A DNA stretch of 32,000 nucleotides from Nanoarchaeum equitans Kin4-M (GTDB taxonomy: Archaea; Nanobdellota; Nanobdellia; Nanobdellales; Nanoarchaeaceae). The DNA is taken from the NCBI GenBank assembly GCA_000008085.1, contig AE017199.1, positions 330,001 to 362,000 of the forward strand, in the 5' to 3' direction. How positions within the stretch are numbered: position 1 is the stretch's first letter; every line of letters starts with the position of its first letter. Of the stretch, positions 14,638 to 23,600 are shown one piece after another. The notes under the pieces were generated by a model. It searched no databases. It saw only the letters and a list, made by a program, of their open reading frames with translations, and was not told the origin of the DNA. A program made the translations under genes and the position numbers.

Positions 14638-15807
14638 TGGGTTTTTAGTATTATCACATTCAGGGTTTTTACCCCTCTCGCATACACCCATATCTTTATA
14701 ATATTCGGTTCTATCGCAATTTGGGGGTAAATATTGTACACCTTCAGATTCTTTTCTCATATGCCACTCTATTTGGTATTCTATATATCTTTCTCTTAAT
14801 GGGGGGTCGTTTCTTTGATTCCATTCCATTAAAATTCTTTTTATTTCGTCCCAGCTATAGCCTTTTCTTCTAAAATAGTTTATTAGAATAAATACAGCTC
14901 TCTTTCTCCCATCTTTTAACCCTTTTAATATGTTTTGTATGCATGGGGCTATTCTATTAGTTTTCGGTTTTCTTTTGATCTCTTTTATTTTTTCCCATTT
15001 TTCTTCTTTTTGGTATTTGTCAAAAACCAAAGCGTCTTTTATAAATTGCTCTAAGCTTTTGCTTTCTTTTACATTAAAATCCCAATCTACTGGTTCTACT
15101 AATTCGGGAGAAGCTAAGAGAGGTTCGAAATTTGATATGTCTTTTACAGGAATCGATGCTAAGCCCGTTTTTTCATTTAAAGAATAAGGCGCCCTATATA
15201 AATGTCTTTTACTTATTACAACCATATCAACTATAAAATTCTCTATTAATTCATTAGCATCTTTGCCAGTTTCCTCTAACAAAGGTTCCAAATCATTTTT
15301 AATTTTTTCTTTAACTCTTGTAATGGTATAATACAATAATAATCTGGCCAAATCCGGAAACCTATCTTTTAGTTCTATTAACTCTCCATCAAATACTATC
15401 TCTTTAGGGAAAGCTTCCCATGGCACTATTATGTGGAACCCCTTATTACCAGAATATTTTATAAAATGGGGAATTCCCTTGTTTGTTAGATATATATCTA
15501 TTTGTTTAGCAATTACCTTCGATATATCAATATCTTGTGTATCTATATCGAAAACCAAATCCCAACCAATTCTTAATTCTTTTTCGTTCGCTTTTCCTAA
15601 TAAAGATGGGTCTTTCCATCTTTCTAAAGATATATGGAATGACATTGCCCCTTTTTTTACTTCTAACAATAAATCTTGCTCGTATTCTATTATTACAGGC
15701 CTCCTAAAGAAGGATTTGTTTTTTTGATATAAAATCCCAACCTCTCTATTTTCGAAAAATTTTATTATATAAGGGGCAACTTTTTTGTAATATTCTATTC
15801 TATCCAA
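14626..15807 (-). CDS. DNA primase, PriS catalytic domain fused to a PriL-CTD-like Fe-S domain
   Basis: AEP motifs DLVFDIDTQD and SGNKGFHIIVPW in the N-terminal ~260 aa. The C-terminal ~120 aa carries APCIQNILKGLKDGRKRAVFILINYF plus Cys in NCD, VCE and PEC, giving four candidate cluster ligands. The TTG start overlaps the rpl21e 3' end by 8 nt. Confidence 0.8.
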   Translation of the reverse strand: MDRIEYYKKVAPYIIKFFENREVGILYQKNKSFFRRPVIIEYEQDLLLEVKKGAMSFHISLERWKDPSLLGKANEKELRIGWDLVFDIDTQDIDISKVIAKQIDIYLTNKGIPHFIKYSGNKGFHIIVPWEAFPKEIVFDGELIELKDRFPDLARLLLYYTITRVKEKIKNDLEPLLEETGKDANELIENFIVDMVVISKRHLYRAPYSLNEKTGLASIPVKDISNFEPLLASPELVEPVDWDFNVKESKSLEQFIKDALVFDKYQKEEKWEKIKEIKRKPKTNRIAPCIQNILKGLKDGRKRAVFILINYFRRKGYSWDEIKRILMEWNQRNDPPLRERYIEYQIEWHMRKESEGVQYLPPNCDRTEYYKDMGVCERGKNPECDNTKNPLSF

Positions 15808-16096
15808 CTTTCTTTAGATGGGCTGGATGTACTATAAGTAATTTCTTTTCCCCATTGAATTCTAATTCTACTTCATAGCAATTGCCTCTTTTTCCAACAA
15901 CTGTACCAACTAATCCATGGTATCTAGGATGGGGCATCCCATAATGCCAAGAAGGCTCTATAACTATAGCTACTTTGTCATTATTGTTAAACTTTTGCAA
16001 TATCCTAGTTATAGTAAGTTTGCCCCTTTGCCTAGGATGTTTAGAAAGTTTATCTCTTGTTTTTCTTCTAAAGCCTTTGCCCTTTCTATCAACCAT
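15800..16096 (-). CDS. rpl21e: 50S ribosomal protein eL21
   Basis: 98 aa from Met73 of the track ORF: MVDRKGKGFRRKTRDKLSKHPRQRGKLTITRILQKF...PHPRYHGLVGTVVGKRG, a typical L21e. TTTATAAA at 16125-16118 gives a start at 16097. Confidence 0.9.
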   Translation of the reverse strand: MVDRKGKGFRRKTRDKLSKHPRQRGKLTITRILQKFNNNDKVAIVIEPSWHYGMPHPRYHGLVGTVVGKRGNCYEVELEFNGEKKLLIVHPAHLKKVG

Positions 16097-16102
16097 TGGA
16101 TA

Positions 16103-16125
16103 GCTATTAATAGACTCTTTATAAA
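16103..16125. promoter_or_regulatory. interleaved divergent TATA boxes (nth / rpl21e)
   Basis: Minus-strand TTTATAAA at 16125-16118 gives 16097. A weaker plus-strand GCTATTAA at 16103-16110 gives 16131, the second ATG of nth. Confidence 0.5.
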
Positions 16126-16763
16126 TGCAAATGCAGATTGAAGAGCAATTAAAGATTATAGAAGATTTGGTTAAAAAATTAAATGATAGGTTAGCAGTTC
16201 CATATATATGGGAGAAAACTAAAGACCCTTTTTGGGCTTTGATCGCGACAGTTCTTTCTATAAGAACCAGGGAAGAACAAACAATTAGAGCTTCTTTAAA
16301 TTTATATAACAAATATAAAGATTATAAAAATTTGGCTAAAGCACCAATAGAGGAAATAGAAGATTTAATAAAAAATGTTGGATTGTATAAGCAGAAAGCA
16401 AAATGGATTAAAACCATAGCTCAAAGATGGGATTATAATAAAAAATGTGACGAAAGCTTTATAAGGAATTTACCTGGGGTAGGAAGAAAAGTTGGCAATG
16501 TTTATCTTAATTTAGTATGCAACAAACCCTATATAGCGGTTGATGTGCATGTCCATAGGATAGCCAATAGATTAGGTTGGGTAAAAACCAAAACCCCCGA
16601 GGAAACGGAAAAACAGTTATACAAAATAATACCCAAAGAGTATTGGCCCAAACTAAATCATATGCTTGTTTTGTTTGGGCGAAATATATGTTTACCTTCA
16701 AAGCCTAAATGTGATATTTGTCCATTAGATTGTCCCTATAAATACAATAAAAATAAACCTTGA
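16125..16763 (+). CDS. nth: endonuclease III (HhH-GPD DNA glycosylase/AP lyase)
   Basis: DPFWALIATVLSIRT, the HhH motif LPGVGRKVGNVYL, and a C-terminal four-Cys cluster CLPSKPKCDICPLDC. The start is ATG 16125 or ATG 16131; promoter spacing favours the latter. Confidence 0.85.
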   Translation: MQMQIEEQLKIIEDLVKKLNDRLAVPYIWEKTKDPFWALIATVLSIRTREEQTIRASLNLYNKYKDYKNLAKAPIEEIEDLIKNVGLYKQKAKWIKTIAQRWDYNKKCDESFIRNLPGVGRKVGNVYLNLVCNKPYIAVDVHVHRIANRLGWVKTKTPEETEKQLYKIIPKEYWPKLNHMLVLFGRNICLPSKPKCDICPLDCPYKYNKNKP

Positions 16764-17618
16764 ATGGACATAGATAAAATACTAGAAGCAGGGCGAATAG
16801 CTAAAGAAGCCAGGGAATATGCACAAAAATTATGTAAATCTATAACAGATGGATTAGAACTAGCAATAAAAGTGGAAGAGTTTATTAAAAAGAGGGCCAA
16901 ATTAGCTTTCCCAGTTAATGTTTCCATCCATAATGTGGCAGCACATTTTAGCCCTATAGAGCCTATAGAGATGTATGGAGTAGTAAAAATTGATTTGGGC
17001 GCAAATGTTGATGGCTATTTATCAGACACAGCCTTTAGTTGTGATTTAGATGGTAATTACGAAGAACTAGTAGAAGCATCAAAAAAAGCTTTAGAGAACG
17101 CGTCAAAAATAATGAGATATGGAGTAACTTTATCAGAAATAGGCAAAACTATTGAAGAAACAATAAAATCTTATGGTTTCAATCCAATAAAGAATTTGAC
17201 AGGCCATTCTATAGAATATAACCAATTGCATGGGGGATTATATATTCCTAATTATGACAATGGCGATAAAACAATTATAAAAGAGGGATTATATGCTATA
17301 GAACCTTTTGCTACTATGGGAAAGGGCTATGTTAGAAATGGCCCCCCATCTAATATATATATTTTAGTAAAACCTAAGAGAGTTAGAGACATAAGAGCTA
17401 GAAAGGTTTTGCAATACATAATAGAAAACTATGGATGGTTGCCATTCGCCAAAAGATGGCTAATAGAGGAATTCGGCCCAATAGATAGAGAGCTTTACTA
17501 TTTGCTTAAAGAAGGAATAATATATAGTTATCCCCAACTAATAGAGGAAAAACCGGTATCACAATTCGAACATACTTTCTTAGTCCTAAAAGATAAAACC
17601 ATTATCACAACCCTTTAA
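16764..17618 (+). CDS. map: methionine aminopeptidase, archaeal type 2
   Basis: 284 aa. AAHFSP, DLGANVDGYLSDTAFS, GHSIEYNQLHGG, and EHTFLV (pita-bread metal ligands). The ATG directly follows the nth stop. Confidence 0.9.
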   Translation: MDIDKILEAGRIAKEAREYAQKLCKSITDGLELAIKVEEFIKKRAKLAFPVNVSIHNVAAHFSPIEPIEMYGVVKIDLGANVDGYLSDTAFSCDLDGNYEELVEASKKALENASKIMRYGVTLSEIGKTIEETIKSYGFNPIKNLTGHSIEYNQLHGGLYIPNYDNGDKTIIKEGLYAIEPFATMGKGYVRNGPPSNIYILVKPKRVRDIRARKVLQYIIENYGWLPFAKRWLIEEFGPIDRELYYLLKEGIIYSYPQLIEEKPVSQFEHTFLVLKDKTIITTL

Positions 17619-17619
17619 A
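17612..17619 (+). promoter_or_regulatory. TATA box of rpoP, embedded in the map stop codon
   Basis: CCTTTAAA (contains the TAA stop of map), then 20 nt, then the A of ATG at 17640. Confidence 0.65.
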
Positions 17620-17639
17620 TTGTTATTTTATTATACTCA

Positions 17640-17777
17640 ATGCCAATATATGTTTGCTTTAATTGTGGGAGGGAAATAAAAATAGAAGGCAAACCAAGAT
17701 CGAGATGCCCATATTGTAATTCTACACTATTGTTCAAAAAACCCCCAAGGTTAACTAAACATCTAAAAGCTAGGTAA
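17640..17777 (+). CDS. rpoP: DNA-directed RNA polymerase subunit Rpo12 (RpoP)
   Basis: 45 aa, not in the ORF track: MPIYVCFNCGREIKIEGKPRSRCPYCNSTLLFKKPPRLTKHLKAR. It has a C4 zinc ribbon (CxxC...CxxC) followed by the basic tail typical of RpoP. Its stop codon shares nt 17777 with the 3' end of the convergent tRNA-Thr. Confidence 0.8.
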   Translation: MPIYVCFNCGREIKIEGKPRSRCPYCNSTLLFKKPPRLTKHLKAR

Positions 17778-17848
17778 GCCGCCGGCGGGATTCGAACCCG
17801 CGACCTCCGCCTTACCAGGGCGGCGCTCTTCCGCTGAGCTACGGCGGC
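17777..17848 (-). tRNA. tRNA-Thr(GGU)
   Basis: Minus strand: GCCGCCG UA GCUC AGCGGAA GAGC G CCGCC CUGGUAA GGCGG AGGUC GCGGG UUCGAAU CCCGC CGGCGGC U. This is a full cloverleaf with anticodon GGU and discriminator U, no intron, and no encoded CCA. TTTTTAAA lies exactly 20 nt upstream of G1. Confidence 0.95.
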
Positions 17849-17868
17849 GTAGGAGTATAGATGCAACA

Positions 17869-17884
17869 TTTAAAAATCTTTAAA
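17869..17884. promoter_or_regulatory. back-to-back divergent TATA boxes (tRNA-Thr / AAA+ gene)
   Basis: Minus-strand TTTTTAAA at 17876-17869 gives G1 at 17848. Plus-strand TCTTTAAA at 17877-17884 gives the G of GTG at 17905. Confidence 0.75.
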
Positions 17885-17904
17885 ATGCAATAATTCGATA
17901 GCTC

Positions 17905-18897
17905 GTGAGTATTTTCAAAGAACTAAGCGATAGTCTTAAACAATATTTAAAAGAAGGCAAAGACCCTTTTCCCGATATAATTGGGAATAAAAAGGCTAAA
18001 GAAGATGTTATTAGTTGTTTGCTTAGTGGGAGGCATTTCTTAATTATAGGTCCCCCTGGCATCGGTAAAACTACATTAGCTAAAAGCATAGCTAAAATTT
18101 TGCCCCCAATTGAAACAGACATAGAACCATATTGGTTAGAAGGCACCCCATTCCCAACAAAGAAAACAAAAAAGAAAAAAATAGAAGGGATAAAAAGGTT
18201 TGTACGTATACAGGGTAGTCCCGATTTGAATCCCGAGGATATAGTTGGCACTATAGACCCAACAAAAGCACTAAAATATGGCATATCCATAGAAAGCTTT
18301 GTGCCAGGAAAGATATTTAGAGCGAATAGAGGAGTTTTATTTTTTGATGAAATAAACAGGGCTCCTCCGAAAATACAAAACCTATTATTACAAGCATTAG
18401 AGGAAGGTTATGTTAGTTTAGGCCCATTCGATATAGATGTGCCTACCGATTTTATATTTATTGCTACAATGAATCCAAAAGAATATGAAGGAACAACCGA
18501 ATTAAGCGAAGCACTAATGGATAGATTAGATATAATCTATTTGGATTACCCTGAAACATTAGAAATAGAAAAGCAAATAGTTTTAGAAAAAGGCAAAAAA
18601 TTAGTTTTATTTCCAGACGAATTGTTAGAAAAAATGTTGTCTTTTATTAGAGAATTAAGGAATGACGAAAATTTAGAAATAAAGCCTAGTCCTAGGGCTA
18701 GCATTGGTATATATGAAAGGGCACAGGCATATGCATTAATTAGAAATTCTAAAAAAGTGGAATGGCAAGACATAGAAAGAGCATTCCTAAGTGTGTTGCC
18801 ATCTAGGATAAAGCTTAAACCACATGTAGCAATAAAAATGGATGAACAACAATATATAAAACAACTTTTGGACAAGGATACTAAAAAAAAACTATAA
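17905..18897 (+). CDS. AAA+ ATPase, MoxR / Mg-chelatase-I-like family
   Basis: 330 aa. Walker A GPPGIGKTT, Walker B and sensor region VLFFDEINRAPPKIQNLLLQALEEG, and the ChlI-like insertion IQGSPDLNPEDIVGTIDP. Leaderless GTG start. It ends in an A9 tract followed by TAA. Confidence 0.8.
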   Translation: MSIFKELSDSLKQYLKEGKDPFPDIIGNKKAKEDVISCLLSGRHFLIIGPPGIGKTTLAKSIAKILPPIETDIEPYWLEGTPFPTKKTKKKKIEGIKRFVRIQGSPDLNPEDIVGTIDPTKALKYGISIESFVPGKIFRANRGVLFFDEINRAPPKIQNLLLQALEEGYVSLGPFDIDVPTDFIFIATMNPKEYEGTTELSEALMDRLDIIYLDYPETLEIEKQIVLEKGKKLVLFPDELLEKMLSFIRELRNDENLEIKPSPRASIGIYERAQAYALIRNSKKVEWQDIERAFLSVLPSRIKLKPHVAIKMDEQQYIKQLLDKDTKKKL

Positions 18898-19064
18898 TAA
18901 TCTCTAAAGCTTTAGCAAAGGGTATACAAAGAATAAATAAAAACACAATAAAGCACAACCCTGACATAATAGGAATCCCAATAGAGGAATTAAGCGATAA
19001 AACAATAAAACAATTACAAAAAGAGAAAATTATAGATGAAGAAGGGAAAATTACTCAAAAAGGT

Positions 19065-19715
19065 TTGGCCATAGCTTTAGAGGAATTAATAAGATATGGG
19101 CATTATCTTTTTGGCGAAAAACCTGGTTTTGGTTATGAAAAAGAGATAATTGGTTATACCCAAGGGTTAAAACCCATATGGGATTTAGATTTGAGGAAAA
19201 CCACTTATATGTTAGCTATAACAAAGAATTTGCTTTATTCTCTAGTTTTTAGAGTGTATAGGCCTTTAGCGGAAAAGGAGTATATAGTTTTATTAGATTG
19301 TAGTGGGTCTATGAAAGGGGAAAAATTTGAAAAAGCTTTAGCGATAGCTTTATCTATTATATATAAATACAAAAGGGTTGGCCTTATTTTGTTTAACAAT
19401 AAAATAATAAAATCTATTCCCCCAACAGAGAACAAAACTTTATTGGTTAATTCTTTGTTTGTTATCCCAAGAGAGAAAACCAATATTAGTATTGCATTAG
19501 AAGAAGCAATGAAATATGCTAAACCAAAAAGTGAGATTTTTATAATAACAGATGCTGTTCCCACAGATGAAACAGTTGATGAACTAATAGAAACAGTTAG
19601 AAAACTGGCTTTAAAAAATATAAAAGTCCATGTTATTGGTATAAACCTAAAAGAAGGCAAAATAGTTGCAGAAACAATAGCAAAAATTAGTTCTTCTTTA
19701 TTGTACGAATTTTAA
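19065..19715 (+). CDS. von Willebrand factor A (vWA) domain protein; true N-terminus probably upstream
   Basis: MIDAS motif DCSGSMKG, plus ...IFIITDAVPTDE. The track start is TTG 19065, with no promoter or SD. The same frame is open for 60 more codons, back to 18885. Confidence 0.75.
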   Translation: MAIALEELIRYGHYLFGEKPGFGYEKEIIGYTQGLKPIWDLDLRKTTYMLAITKNLLYSLVFRVYRPLAEKEYIVLLDCSGSMKGEKFEKALAIALSIIYKYKRVGLILFNNKIIKSIPPTENKTLLVNSLFVIPREKTNISIALEEAMKYAKPKSEIFIITDAVPTDETVDELIETVRKLALKNIKVHVIGINLKEGKIVAETIAKISSSLLYEF

Positions 19716-20635
19716 AGGAATGGTCCAACCAATAAAGGCAATATTATAGTTACATCTCCCCAAATAGTTACATGTTTTGCTTTTTTGTCTATTTTACCCC
19801 AACTAATTGCCTCTCTCGTTCTAGCCCCAGAGAGAGAGCCATCTAACTCTACTGCAGAAGTAACATACACAGCATATTTTAGACCATTGGAAAATTGAGC
19901 CCACCATATTGTGTGGTGTTTAGAGATACCCCCTCCAAGCATTAATGCGCCTATATTTTTATCCCCAAAGAATTGGTTTAGCAAAAATTCTTCATCTAAC
20001 CATACATTTACATTAAAATCTCTATGTTCTTGTCTGAACAATAAAATTTGGGTACCAACTGCTCCATCGGTTATGCCAGGTATTATTATAGGAATTCTAT
20101 TTTTGTAAGCCCAATAAATAATAGATTCTTCTTTTTTGGGATGGTTTTCTAAATATTCCCCTAAAAGCCATACAAATTCATATGTGGATAACTCTTTCTT
20201 TTTATTATAAATATAAGGTAAAGCTTTTTTTAGTATATTCTCTATTGCCAGACCATAGTTTTCCTCAGGAATAAAAATGTTTCCCAATCTAAATATGTTT
20301 TTCTCTCTCAACTCTATATCGTCCGCTTCAAAGTATCCTAAATAATAATCTTTTTCCAACCTCGCTAAGTCATGGTCTAATGTACCACAAGTAGTTATAA
20401 CTAAATCGAACATTTTTCTTTTTATTAACTCTTTTATTATCCCTCTAATCCCTGTTGCAATAATGTCGGCAGGAAAACTTAATATTTTGTATTCGGCATT
20501 ATCAAACATCTCTTTTAATATTTCGTAACCTCTATACAGTTCTTGTGCTTGGAATCCTCCAATGGAAGAAAACTGTTTTATCAATTCTTCTATTGTTGTG
20601 TTTTTATTTACATTTAAATCTCTAACAGGTTTCAT
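19712..20635 (-). CDS. dys: deoxyhypusine synthase
   Basis: 307 aa. TTCGTLDHDL, IPIIIPGITDGAVG and LGGGISKHH motifs of DHS. Its ATG overlaps the stop of the upstream 1050-aa gene (TAATG). Confidence 0.9.
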   Translation of the reverse strand: MKPVRDLNVNKNTTIEELIKQFSSIGGFQAQELYRGYEILKEMFDNAEYKILSFPADIIATGIRGIIKELIKRKMFDLVITTCGTLDHDLARLEKDYYLGYFEADDIELREKNIFRLGNIFIPEENYGLAIENILKKALPYIYNKKKELSTYEFVWLLGEYLENHPKKEESIIYWAYKNRIPIIIPGITDGAVGTQILLFRQEHRDFNVNVWLDEEFLLNQFFGDKNIGALMLGGGISKHHTIWWAQFSNGLKYAVYVTSAVELDGSLSGARTREAISWGKIDKKAKHVTIWGDVTIILPLLVGPFL

Positions 20636-23600
20636 TATTTTTGTTTGTCAGACAATTTATAAATAACATTGAAAACCTTTAGCTCTTCTTTTAGGTTATC
20701 TAGTATCTTTTTTGTATCTTCATTATTAAATGTATAGCTATGCGGTTTTAATGTTATATAAGGATAAAACATTGTTACCAATTGGGGATAACCTATAATA
20801 TCTTTAGCTCTTTTGTACACATATTCATAGGCTAACTTTCTTAAAGCGTAGTTAAGATAATCTAAAAAGGTTGAATTAACTTCGATAGGAAAGGAATATT
20901 TATCATAAACTAAGGGCACTATTATTGTATCTATGTGGAATAATATGATATGTTTATTCCCAAATAGGGGATCGCCATTAACTAGGATTTTTCTATCTAT
21001 GTCATTGCCATCCATATTATTACTGGGAGTAAATACTATAGCTAGAACATTATTATTTTTGTCTACTAGAAACAAATAACCATAGACATCTTTTACAAGA
21101 TATGAATCCTTATTAGTTTTAAAAAATAAACCAATCCAATCGCCAGTATAGTAAGTATAGGTAGTACTAGAGAACCAGCCTTTGTCTTCGTATTCTTTAA
21201 AGAAAGTTTTTTCTGGGAACTTTCTTAGTTCTAGTTTATCCCCTCCCCATACAGGAAAATAGTTATTAACTATAGCGTGGGGCCAGCTTTCTATTACTCC
21301 ATAAACTTTGTTCCTACTTATGACTAAAGCTGTTCTTCGGGGGAAATAAACTATATCATAATTATTTATAATATGAACATTAGGTTTTTCGTCTACCCAT
21401 ATTTTTTTCAACCCATACTTCAGCCTATATCCTTTAGGAGTATCTATTTCTTTTAATGCTGGGATAAAAGATATTTTTATTGTATCTAACACATATTCGG
21501 GACTATCCGTTAACCCCCGAGAATATACGCTAAAAACAAAATCGTAATCTATGGGCTTTATATTATCTATTTCAGAGATAATGTGTAAAGGTATAATTCT
21601 TTTTTCATCTCTGTCTAATTTGTTATTCTCATTCCAATCCATAGGACACACAAATTTGTTTTCTCTCCATTTGCACGCATAAGCTATAGCTATTACAGTA
21701 TTGTTAAGCCATATAGATTTGCCATCATCTAATATGAAAAAATTCAATGTTATTAATTTGTAAGGGTTTTTTAATAAGTTTACCGCTTCTCTTTTTAGTT
21801 CTTTCTCGAAAGCCTTGTAGAATTCTTCTTTATCAAATTTAGATGGCAATAACTCTAAAGGTTTGCCCTTATTGTAAATAGCTATATAAGGTAAAACTTC
21901 CAATGTTTTATTATTTATATAATAGTAAGCCTTTAATTGTACCTTGTACCATAAATCAATTTCTTCTATTCTATCATCAAAAGAGCAATTTGCTTCTATA
22001 TGATTTTCTTTTAAAACTCCATCGCAAAGGTAATATTTGTCCCTATATATCTTTAATCCATACTGTGGTTTTTTAATAAACATAAAGGTTTTTCCATCTC
22101 TCTTTATCTCTTTTATTTTTTCATAATCAATTGTTATTATAACAGTATTGTCTTTTATATCTAATTTCGCACCGCAAGGGTATTCTATTACTAAACATAT
22201 TTTCCCCTCACAACTGCTAAAATATATATTAATATAGTTTATTTTTTTGCAAACAGTTTTAATTTCTTTGTCTGCAGTTATTTTTATGATAACCTTATTA
22301 GCAAGCTTTTCTACATCTATACTAGGGGGAGCAAGTTCAATATTTTTTGCTTCTCCACTATTTAATTCTATATAAGCGCTACCCTTCCCTTTAATATTTA
22401 GTTGGGCCCACCCTATATAGTAATTGTCATATCTTGCTTCAATTTTTATGTTATCTTTGTTTGTTTCGCATATATAATAATTAACCTCTTTATCACATTT
22501 TTCGCCATTTACAAAAATCTCCATATTATTATACTCTTTTTTTGTTGGCTCTATTTTTAGTTTAATATTTTCTTCTTTGTTAATCAATATTTTAAAATCT
22601 GTTTCGAATTCTCCGCAAATATCATATGCTTCTATTCTTTTACCGGGCTTACCTTCTGGAGTACATATGGTAAAACCTTCAATTTGCTTATATATGCTAC
22701 ATAACCTTTTCCCAATTTTCGATAATATGTTGGAATTAATCTTTCTTATGTGTAATCCATCTTTTGCGAAACATTTGACTTCTAGGCCTTTTCCATAATA
22801 GTAAGTTTCCCTTTCTAAATAAGTTAGATCTCCTTTTTCTGTTTCTATAAAATAATTGCCTATATATTTGCCAACAGCTTTTTCCTTAAATAATGGGTTT
22901 ATTTTGACAAAACATTTAGTTGGTATTCCTTCTACGGATTCTCCCTTATAAAGGGGATTTTCCAAAATTAGTTTTCCTTTTTGCAACGCATCTGCTTCGC
23001 ATACATCTGCTTTAATATAACCATTAGGGGTTTTTTTAACTAATTGGGCATCTATTTTGGCCTTTCCAATATAAATATAACCATTTCCATTTTCATCATA
23101 CTCTCCATCAATTATATAGGTTTTTCTAACTAAAACAGTATTAAAATTGAATACAAATTCATAATTACCTGGTTTTAATGCTGTTTCCGGTATGCTATTT
23201 AAATCGCATACGATTTCTTTTTTATTATCGCTATCTATATCTTTAAAATCACAATTCCAGATTATTCTACTAACTTCCACTGTAACTTTTTTTATATTGT
23301 CTAATAATTTGTCTATTTCGCCTAATGCATCAACTTCAAAATATAATATATTACTATAGCGAGGAGTTATTAAAATAGGAGAACAATATGTTACATATAA
23401 ATCATGTAAACTTCCCGTTTGTTCACTAACCAACACTTTAGAATTGAGTATTTCCGATACTAGTGTAGTTCTATCCCCTATTTTTATAGAAATGTGGTTT
23501 TCTTTAGCTATTGTTGAACAATCCTCAGTTGGGTTATTTTTTAATATAAAATAACCATCTTTTATACAAACTGTGGATAAAAACTTTCTAATACTATTTA

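Noticed and set aside
16097-16312. 72-codon N-terminal extension of the rpl21e track ORF
   Set aside because: L21e homologues start at MV.R..G.R. The extension is antisense to nth and lies upstream of the TATA box.
17615-17869. 84-aa minus-strand ORF
   Set aside because: It is antisense to rpoP and reads straight through the tRNA-Thr gene. Its AAVAQRKSAALVRRRSRVRIPPAA segment is the typical translation of a tRNA.
17880-18290. 136-aa minus-strand ORF
   Set aside because: It is antisense to the AAA+ ATPase gene, which has clear Walker motifs and a promoter.
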